Below are positions 54,810-64,000 of a stretch of 64,000 nt of DNA, one piece after another. Numbering within the stretch: the stretch's first letter is position 1; each line of letters begins with the position of its first letter. The position numbers and the translations under genes are program-made. The notes below the pieces were generated by a model. The model was given only the letters and a program-made list of their open reading frames with translations. It made no database searches and was not told the origin of the DNA. Source of the stretch: Balanoglossus misakiensis (Eukaryota; Animalia; Hemichordata); NCBI GenBank assembly GCA_040954595.2, contig CM082598.2:6029097-6093096 (forward strand), written 5' to 3'.

Positions 54810-57800
54810 TCACGAGAGTACAAAATTATCGAATTTGCTCGGTAGTTTACTGTTCCGCTTTGGGCGATCCACGGAACATGGAGCAAGTGTTTCTTGAGCG
54901 GTGTCTGCCGTGAGTGCGCATCTGACATCTGGCTGGCGATCACCTGTTTCATCAGTTGCAGTGCGGCTGGATGCTGCATTGTGGTGCGGTTGGTGAGTGG
55001 GCTTTACATGAACTAAATCACGCTGATATTGAACTCCCTCCGGGGTCCGGATGGTGTATCTGCGATCAGACGACTTGTCAATCACCGTAGCTGGTTGCCA
55101 GGTTGACTTTGGTGTCTTCTGAAATCTGCATGGGGAGCCAATATGGAGTGGCATTTTATCAGCATGTCCTCCATTTGAGTTTGCTCGCTGCTCGATTCTG
55201 TCTCTGTAGACATCTGAGGCTGGTTGATGACCGTACCGGTACTGTATGAATGGAAGATTTGTCTTCACCTTTCTTCCGGGGAACATCAACGCGAATGGAG
55301 ACGGAATGTCTGCTGTGATGGGTGTATCACGTAGCATTGTGAGGATTTCTCTCAGGTTTTCCTCTCCTTTCTTGAGCGACTTTTTAAGCATGGCTTTCAC
55401 CGTGCCTATGTTTCTTTCTGCACGCCCATTCGCTTGTTGGTGATAGGGTGCACTGATGGAATACCATATTTCATGGGATCTGCAGTACTCGTGGTATCAT
55501 TCCTCACTTGTGAGTTGTGGGCCGTTGTCGGAAATCAATTTCTCGGGGTAGCCGAAATTGGAGAAAATTTCGTCTAGCTTGCCGATGACTGTTGAGCTTC
55601 GTGTGTTGGGTAGCTTGTTTGCCCAGACGAAACCTGTGTAGTAGTCAATGCTAAGCAGGTACTGAGATGACTCAAACTCGAATAAGTCGATGCCAATCGT
55701 CTGCATGGCTTCAATGCTGTGGATTGGTTGTACTGGAAGCTTGGTTTGGCTTCGCTGATAGGACTGACATTGGTTACAGTCGCGTACCATGTTTTCGATG
55801 TCTGCGTTCAGACCGGGCCAGTACACTGATTGTCAGGCTCGAAGTTTGGTTTTCTCGACACCTTGGTGCTGTTGGTGAAGTACTTGTAGGATGTGTTGTC
55901 TCATACTGGACGGTATGACGATTCTGTTACCTTTTAGCACAACACCGTTGTGGACGGCTAATTCAGAGCGATGCTGCCAGTAAGCGTGGGCTGTTTCGTT
56001 GCACTGATTCTTCTCTTTCGGCCATCCGTTTGTTATGTACACAGACAAAGACTGGATAACTGGGTCAGCAGCAGTCAGTTCGCGGATCCGATCTATGACA
56101 AAGGGCTTCATAGTAGAAATTTCGTGCACATGAACATCAACATCAGGAAACTGATATGTGGTCTGCTTCGTGTCTACGCATCTGGAAAGGCAGTCGGCGA
56201 GTGGTACGTCCTGACCTGGGACGTAATGGATAGCGTAGTTGTATCCCTGTATGTGTAGAATTAGTCTCTGCAGCCTAGCTGGCATCTTGCAAATTTGCTT
56301 CTTTGCTATCGCTTCTAGTGGCTTGTGGTCAGTGTGAATGGTAAAACGTCTACCAAACACGTAGTGCTTGAAGTGTATCGTTGCCCATACAACAGCTAAC
56401 ATCTCGCATTCTATGTTGCTGTAGTTAGACTCAGTGGGGGTGAGGGCTTTCGATGCGAAATGGATTGGTTTGCCAATCTGCAGGAACACAGCACCTAGAC
56501 CTTTGCATGATGCGTCACACTGGATCACGATTTCTTTGCTAGCGTCAAAGTAGGTAAGTACTGGCGCTTTGGTGATAGCGTGTTTTATCCTGTGTAGTGC
56601 TTGGTCGTGGCTTTCAGACCAAATAAACAGGACGTCTTTCTGTAGTAGTTTTCTGAGCGGTTCAGTCAGTGGACTCAGCTTCACGAACTTTGACAGGTAG
56701 TTTACGAGACCGAGGAGTGACTGTAGCTCTTGTTTGTTTGTTGGCGCTTTCAGTTTGTGGATTGCAGCCACTTTAGATGGGTCGGGCGATACTCCATCTT
56801 TGCTCAGGATGTGTCCGAACAGCTTAACTCTGTCTTTGTTAAACTGACATTTCTCGCCGTTTAGCTTGACATTGTTCTGTCTGCAGGCTTTCATGACATT
56901 TTGTATGGCTATGTCATGCTGTTGCCTGGATTCGGCAGCAATGAGGATGTCATCCTTTATGCAGTATTCATTGCTGACCTTCTGGAAAATCCGATCCAGC
57001 TCAATCTGGAATACGTCTTGGGCTGAGATGAGTCCAAACGGTAGGCGTGTGAAGCAATATCTGCCGTAGATAGTGCTGAATGTGGTGAGGAGTTGCGATT
57101 CCTCATCAAGTGGGATATTCCAATATCCGCTTCTGAGATCAAGTGTTGAGAAGTACTTTGCGTTCTTCAGCTCTGGAAGAATGTCATCAAGAGTTTTTGC
57201 ATAGTAGTGTGGACGTTTGATGAACTTGTAAAGTTCGCGTGGGTCCAGGCATATGCGTAGGGATCCGTCAGCCTTTGTGACAAGTACAATGTTGTTGACC
57301 CATTCAGTCGGTTCCTGTACTTCCCTGATGACGCCGATTTCAATCAGACGGTCAAGTTCTTGTCTGAGAGGGGTTTTCAGTGCGTCGGGAGTTCTCCTTG
57401 TTGCGTTAACTGTGGGCACTGCTCCATCGGACAGCTGGATCTTGTGTTCATTTTGGATTTTGCCAACACCTTCGAACACATCAGCGTTGTCATTGATGAA
57501 ATGATCCTTGCTGGTGTACGATGCGATTTCTTCCACATCGAATTTCTCAAAGCAGCTGTGCCTATCACAGGGAAATTTCACAAGTCCTAGCCTGGCGCAT
57601 AAGCTGAGGCCGAGTAGGTTGTTCCCCTGTTCTGAGATGAAGACCACGACGTTAAGTAGACGGGCGTTTTAATGCTCGATGACCGGGACAGTTACTTTCC
57701 CATGGTTTGGGAAACGTTTGCCTCCATATCCGCTAAGACGCATATCAGTTGTGTCTGGATTGTGGTTTGGGCTAAACAGTGTTCGGTATGTGGTATAGTC
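54810..57800 (-). pseudogene. pol: Ty3/Gypsy pol pseudogene (protease C-terminal half, RT, RNase H, integrase); K02A2.6/Mag-like
   Basis: Protease remnant LSGYGG...NNLLG. RT motifs LRICLDPREL, FSTLDLRSGYWNI, RLPFGL, CIKDDILI. RNase H motifs IQCDAS, NYSNIECE, TDHKPL. Integrase motifs HQQH...CNQC, GIDLF, ISDNGPQ, GRAER. Domain order RT-RH-INT is Gypsy. In-frame stops at ~57670 and 55833 and a frameshift near 55497. The gag gene, protease DTG motif, PBS and 5' LTR are missing. Confidence 0.95.
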
Positions 57801-57802
57801 AT

Positions 57803-59714
57803 GCGTTTTCTTAGCTTTCTTTCTTCTTCCTTTCTCTCTCTCTCTCCTTTTTTATTCTCTCTCGAGTCGTTTCTTAGCTACGGTTTCTTCTCGCTGCTTC
57901 TTTTGCTCGCTTTTTTGATGCAACCTGTCTTGCCTTCCTTTGATTTGACGAAGATGTTTTAGATGTTCTTCCTGGTAGACCTTTTTGGCACTCGGACCAT
58001 TTAAGAAGTTTGGAAGACGCTGAACAACACTTTTTGCTCCAGGCTTTTTCTTTCTCTTCCCAATTTCCGGATAAGAGAGCACTTAATCTAGGACTGGAGA
58101 TACTTTATTACATGGTGGTGTTGTGCCTGTAATTTTCCTGTAACTTGAGGTGACTGGTGTACTTGTACAGTCAGATGATGGGGCTGCTTTGCTTGCAACT
58201 GATTGGTTTGATGTGACACTGGTGTTGCTTGTGGCAGAGGAATATGTTGCTGTGTTGGACTCTGCAGACACACCTTTGTCGTTGTCAGATGAGTGTGAAG
58301 ACGTAGCAGCCCCACTTCCAATACTATGTGCTTTATAGGCTTTTTTCCAGATTCGGAATGATGGACTGCCAGGCAAGTCGTAGCCCTCTTCAATTCGTTT
58401 TCGGTAGTTTTCCTTCTCAGGTGTAGTCATTACCTCTTCAATCATTTTCCAAGAGACTGTTGATGGTGTTCTTCAGTGCTGCCTGTGTCTCCATCTGGCT
58501 TTCCTCAACATCTGTATCGGCCGTGCAATCTTGAAAAGTAGTTGAAGGGAGCAGCATATCACTTGGAATGTTTGAGCGATTGATTGGATATAACCCTGAT
58601 CTGAGAAAACTGTTGGTTATATCCATCATCGTTGCACCACGTTGCCATGCAGATCTGAACACCCTGGCAAAAGTCTTTTTGGTGACCTCTTCGCCAGGAT
58701 TTTCCGCGATGTATTCCCTGACTGCGGTGACCCATACAGCTTTCAAGGGACAAAAGAGAGAGACATCACACAGTTGCAGGAAAATGTGATGTGTTCGGCA
58801 AAAGTCGGTATAGCAAGATGTTGTGCTCTTTTGCAAGCTTGAATATTTCGAAATCCAAATGAGAGATGTGGCGGTCAAAATATAGCACTACAGGCCTTGT
58901 CGCCGTTAAGTTTGGAATACAATGGTTTGCAAGCCATGCATAAAACGCCTCAGTTTCCATCCAGCCAGTTTCTGTGAAATAGCAGCTGGCTCCCTCAACT
59001 CCTCCCGACAACGGATTCCATGATCGTGGAACGGTCTTCAATTGAAACAAGTGGTAAGGTGGAATTGACCCACCAGCAGCGTTGATACAGGCCAAGACAG
59101 TTATTTGAGTCTTGCTGTTTGCTGTAATTGGGGAAGGGCACCACTTCTGTTTCTTGCTGGTCCAAGCATTTTACCAGTCTTTACTTGCATACAGAAACCA
59201 GATTCATTCCAATTCCAGATCTGAGCTGGCTTGTCGAGCAAATCATGATCCGAAATAAACTTCTCACACTCTCCAAAACACTCAGCCACCTCCCTCTGGG
59301 TCACCTTGGCACGTTTCAAATCCAGGTTTCTGGTACTTACAAGTTTCATCAATGGATTTCTCCTCAGGAAGGACCTGTACCATCGATCACCGGGAAGATT
59401 TGGAGGTTCTTTTTTTTCAGAATGGTGTCTCTTTTGTCCTTCTCCAGAATAGCTTTCACAGTCTGGAATAATCTATTTTTACTGACACCAAAGACTCCTT
59501 GACCCATACTGATGATCCATTCTGCTAGTTTCTTTTCCTCTGCCGTGGTAAGTATTTGTGGTGGCCCTTTACGTCTATCAATGTAAACTTTTCCAGTGAC
59601 TCTGTCACTCAGTGTTGACCGCTTTACTCCCCACTTTGCAGCTGCTTTTCTCAGTGACATGTTGTACTCAACAATATCTGTCACAGCTCCCGTAAACACC
59701 TTTTCTCTTTCCAT
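57803..59714 (-). pseudogene. Degenerate pogo/Tigger-family (Tc1-mariner superfamily) DDE_1 transposase
   Basis: HTH_psq-like MSLRKAAAKWGVKRSTLSDR and CENP-B-type HTH LTTAEEKKLAEWI. Decayed catalytic motifs IWNWNESGF (cf. IxNxDETG), ACINAAGGSIPP, GWM, VLYFDRHISH (cf. DGHxSH), LLPNTSH/LQLCDVSLFCPLK (cf. QPLD). Followed by S/T-rich and K/E/R-rich tail. Split over six ORFs by frameshifts and stops. TIRs not identified. Confidence 0.9.
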
Positions 59715-61587
59715 GACTTCACTAAACAAACAAAAACCATACATGAAAAATTACATTTCTGCTAATAAATAACTTCACATTACTCTACACTATATTTTGA
59801 TAATTACTTGATTTTTTTCAATATTCAGATTATTTACTTGTACTGTAAATAACCTGTTGAAATTATAACATTTTGATGGTTTAAAATGTAATTATTCCAC
59901 TTTTTTCAAGAGATGGCTTAACAAAGGCAATAACAAAATGTGTTTCCCAAACTTCAGAAATCGGGTATCCACAGTTTAGGTCAGAAAAAAGGTTTCTTTT
60001 TTTTTTAATCCAAATTGCGTTCCTAGGCGGATAGAGTTACGTAGCCCTGTGGCCATAGGGCTACTCACCAAATTTATAAGGGAGACGGCAATGTATAAAA
60101 TCTCTGAAGCCTACATTCACGTAAGTCTTGTCACGCCCACATTAGTCTGGATGAAATATTTGGGTCATGCATGTTCTGTCACTATTATTGACCAAGCACT
60201 GCATGCTCGGATGCAGAGAGGAACATTATTGAAATGGTGAGCGTATTATCAGGAATGCTTGGAGTCATGCAGTTGCAATGTGTTTTCGTGTTTTATTCTG
60301 ATATAAAACTCATCTATATTTTATTTTTAAACAGTGTCGGAACACCCACTACGTGGAAAGCTTTAACAACTGTGCATTACAATTATTTTGTCTAGGTATT
60401 GAATACCAAGACAAAATAGTGGTATTTGGAGACAGCAATTATGAAATGAGGGCAGATTTGGCATGCCAAGACTGGGTAAGTACTAGTATTGGATGTTTCC
60501 CCACCGCCACAAATATGAATAGACAAAAACAATGGAACGTGTAGTAATTTAGCAAATAATGAAGTCACATCAATGGAATGGTGTTGCCACATGTGAATTA
60601 AAAGTACTAACCAAGTGAAGCATCGAAACTTTTGAAGGTTTACACACGTACAGGCATATAAAAAAACGTTTATCTATCTACAGAATGAAAACGTGGACCG
60701 ACCATACACATCAGAAACGTTAGTGAGGACAAATAGATGCCGAAGAAGAGAGATCAGAAAAAAGTGCTGAAAAGGAAAACGTTCGCGTGGAGGAACGATC
60801 TGTGGGAACGGGAAATGATCAAAATTGCTGATATTAACATGTAACAAAACGGAAAATGTAAATATTTGTACCATAATGCAATTTTTATTGACGGAAATTA
60901 AACATAACGTGAATATAACACGAAGACTTGCCGTATTTTCTAATGAATATCACTAGACATAAACGTTCGGAGAACAGTGTATTTAGTATATTTACCAACC
61001 ACTGATTACAGCAACAGTTCGTCATGCTGCAAAACTTCGGGCGAGTTGTGTTTTACATAACTCGTTCGAAATCACTAGTGCCTGCAGGTGTGGCGTTTTT
61101 CATTTAGGACTGTTGGAATTTGCCTAAATATCGCTAAATCTGGCTGTGTTTTTTAACCCAGTGGCCCATGGGGTCCATTCATGTATTTCAACGCTCTTGA
61201 TCCCTCTCGTACACCCCCTACGCCTATTGTCGTCCAGCGAGCGGAAAAAACCTTGTCGTATTCTACGATCGCAATGGTTTGACGTCAGATCTAATGTTGA
61301 TATTGAAGTCTTCTGGGTAAAATCAGCAATATTTGCGCCAAATTTCAGAATTCATGTGTGAGGCGACGCGCTACAATAAAAAAAAAGTTCAGAGTGCATA
61401 TGTCCATGTTCTCTTTTACTGTCCACTTTACGGTCGGTAGGATTTTAGTCACTTTCATTAGGATTTCGATGACGCTAAGGTGTGCCCGAGCCAAACCGAG
61501 CCAACCCCACGTTTTCGGGGTTCATTTATATGTAAAGCTCTCCGAAAGGTGTGAATCGGGTAAATACGTAGAGGTTCATAACAGGTA

Positions 61588-61772
61588 TGTGAGACCCCAC
61601 ATAGACCCGTTCTGAGACCATATTCTGAGAGTCTCAAATGTGAGTAGATGCTATCTGAGACCACATTTGAGACTGCATTGGAGACTCTCAGTTACAATGT
61701 AAACTGCAATTGAGACCGTATTGGAGATCGCTTTTGAGACTCTCAGCTTGCGTTTAAATGCTAATTGAGAGT
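61588..61772 (+). repeat. Cluster of short (T/G)GAGAC repeats, resembling DNA-transposon subterminal repeats
   Basis: About 9-10 GAGAC/GAGAG/GTCTC motifs at 12-35-bp spacing, ~125 bp upstream of the ATG at 61895. Confidence 0.5.
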
Positions 61773-61894
61773 GTACATGTAACAATCAACAACACACAAC
61801 ATTTCGCATAATCAATGAAAGTATCGCGTCTGTATCACGTATAACTTAACTCCTCACGAGACTTCAATTCACTGTCTTGCTGTCCGATATCGCG

Positions 61895-62007
61895 ATGGAG
61901 TTCAGAGATAAGCGTTTGTTAGTGGAATCTGCTACACAAGAGTGTTTCCTGACGAATCGAAAGAGGAAACTTTGTGTCGCTCCCCCGGCTGCCAAGAAAC
62001 CAAAAAG
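61895..62007 (+). CDS. Putative exon 1 of a spliced Cys/His-rich nuclear protein gene (not in ORF track)
   Basis: gcgATGG start. Encodes MEFRDKRLLVESATQECFLTNRKRKLCVAPPAAKKPK with a bipartite-NLS-like sequence. Consensus donor AG|GTGAGT at 62007/62008, phase 2, joins in frame to the acceptor at 63198/63199. Confidence 0.6.
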
Positions 62008-63198
62008 GTGAGTGCTATGCATGTTATGTGTTGTCAATTTATTACTTGATTTTGTAGAGAGGGACGCCAAAACATTACAATACAGCGTGACCGACACCAA
62101 AACATTACAGCGTCACGCTAGCCTGTGTAGTGTACTGAAACTGACTACATTTCTTGACGCGATAAGGGGCTCATTTTTACTATAGTAAGCAAACATAGTT
62201 AGTGTTGAGTGAAAGCACACTAGGTAGGTTATTATTTACTGTTTAATTCCGGTTTAACGATGCGGGAGTGGTTCTAAAATTCTCGTTACAAGTTACAGAC
62301 ACTATACGTACCGAGTACGTGTTCCCTTAACTTTCGATGGCCAATGTTTACGTTTTGTCAAGATCGCGGAATCACTGTGTAGTATCACGATTGGAATTCG
62401 GACATACAATAGCTAAACCGTACAAATCTATTAGATAGCATATATTTCATGTATCATTATGACATATGCATATTTATTTTTCAACAATACGAATTGTTGC
62501 CGCCGTTGCTCCACGCATGGCAAGTTTAGAGTTTCGAGTGACCCGATGACGAATACTCACTTTGTTAAAGTAGCGCTAGCGGTAAATCCTGTTGAACGGT
62601 TCAAAATGGCCGAGTCGCGCGATCGCGATCGAACTAGCAAATCATAACCATGTGCGATGATGTACTGTGTGTCAACTTTGAACATAACGCTATAAGTTAC
62701 TATATACTAGTAGATTAATGGTAGTGAGTCATAGAACTGTAGGCTTATCGATGATCATCGTCACGTTAAATGTAAATCAAGTCATCATACTCTTTTCTTC
62801 TGAAAAAAAACTTCGTTACGTACACTCCACAGCCCAATGTCAGAACACAGTCTACCTTCTAGTATCACGAACCTCAGATCATCAGCTACAAATTATCATA
62901 CTGAGAATGTTGGTGAGGTATTTACAAGTATGATGGTAGGTTACGAACCCACAGTCACTGGTCGTTAATTCTAGGGCACTAATTAGTTCTTAGCTTGAGT
63001 CATGCTATGAGCCAATATTGCTTGCTTGAGGACAATATTGTTGTTTACTCTGTGATTGTATTTATACAATGTGTGAGTGTCTTCAAGTATTACATTTATA
63101 TTTAAACTTGGTAATATTACTAACTGGTACTCATTGTGAGTATTATCCAGAAACATTAAAATGCGACAATTTTAATTTTTTTGTTTTTGTTTTTGCAG

Positions 63199-63923
63199 GA
63201 TGTCATGTAGTTCAGGTACATTTTGTATAGATACTGACACAGCATACATGTATGAACTGAGGAAAAACAAGATGAACTTGGAACTCTCTGCTTGTTGGGG
63301 TCTATGTTGTCGCAGATTGGGATCATACTCAATCTAAACTGTTATCAAAGTACTGTATCTTTGAAAGACAACTTGCATTTTACAACACTGAAAACACCAA
63401 GTATGCTGTGCTGTTGACATGCTCGTGTGAGAGAGGGGTCAAACATAGAGAAAGACTGAAGGCCATCAATTCATGTTTTGATGGTGATTTTAATAGCTTT
63501 ATCAACGATGAAGAATCGAGCTATTGTCTTCATGCACGGGCTGTCAATGTAATGTACCCTTGGTCCTCTACTGAACACAATCCCGGTCATGAAGATGCTC
63601 CTGTCAACTCAACTTTTGTCGACCAGTTAAGCCATAATCCCTTCCTAGCAGCAGTGACAATTGATAGAGAAGTTCATGTACTAGGTATAGTACGTAAAAG
63701 AACAGAGAGAAAACTGAGCTGTACTCGCTGTAGGTTTGGAAAATCCACATGTGATCATGTAGAAGTATACAGGGCCTGGTGCCAGGAACATGACACAACC
63801 ATTTCAGAAGAACTCTCCGAGGAACCCATTGTTAGCAATGTTGCATATGTATCATATCAGCCCATACCATACATCCTTCCAGAGGAGTTACAGAAGAAGC
63901 ATATTCATCAACAGAGTGGCAAG
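63199..63923 (+). pseudogene. Putative exon 2: Cys/His zinc-binding-like protein (CxC...CxH, CxxC-x5-CxH), possibly the N-terminus of a KDZ/SWIM-type transposase; 1-nt frameshift near 63278
   Basis: Long polypyrimidine tract plus TTTTGCAG acceptor (63198) and donor AAG|GTGAGT (63923/63924). Open frame 63276-63923 carries LTCSC, YCLHA and CTRCRFGKSTCDHV. Gene continues beyond the window. Family assignment is inference. Confidence 0.55.
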
Positions 63924-64000
63924 GTGAGTTTGTATCATTTTATTGTATTTTGGTTTATATCATTTGTGTACATGGAATCACATTAGTGATGACAGGTTTA

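Noticed and set aside
55246-59502. Plus-strand ORFs overlapping the pol and transposase regions
   Set aside because: Antisense shadows of the minus-strand coding sequences with no independent motifs.
57800-64000. 5' LTR/gag of the Gypsy element displaced by the pogo insertion
   Set aside because: No second copy of 54318-54547 and no gag-like (CCHC) ORF found by eye to the right of the transposase.

Overview
AT-rich eukaryotic (metazoan, probably invertebrate) repeat-dominated, heterochromatin-like DNA with no intact host gene, rRNA, true tRNA or CRISPR array. Layout: (1) 1-17.2 kb is a head-to-tail macrosatellite of ~0.7-1.3 kb units derived from a non-autonomous Helentron (HINE)-like element. 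A structurally complete relative sits next to it at 17.29-18.67 kb. The array is reorganised into ~3.03-kb duplications and interrupted by TTAA-specific DNA transposons: two inverted 795-bp Kolobok-like MITE copies and a 1475-bp piggyBac-like derivative. (2) 18.8-21.3 kb holds minisatellite and old repeat sequence. (3) 21.29-50.74 kb is a ~29.4-kb array of a 192-bp satellite (~148 monomers) with several local higher-order repeats, diverged edges and one 986-bp TTAA insertion. It is bracketed by a ~1.1-kb direct repeat whose left copy stops just after the B box of a tRNA-derived SINE. (4) 51.8-54.1 kb contains the SINE and old tandem repeats. (5) 54.3-59.7 kb (minus strand) is a defective Gypsy element (3' LTR, PPT, protease remnant-RT-RNase H-integrase) joined in the same reading frame to the tail of a degenerate pogo/Tigger-family DDE transposase. 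(6) 61.6-64 kb has GAGAC repeats followed by two exons of a Cys/His-rich, NLS-bearing, probably transposon-encoded gene with a 1-nt frameshift. Almost all short ORFs in the track are repeat artefacts.
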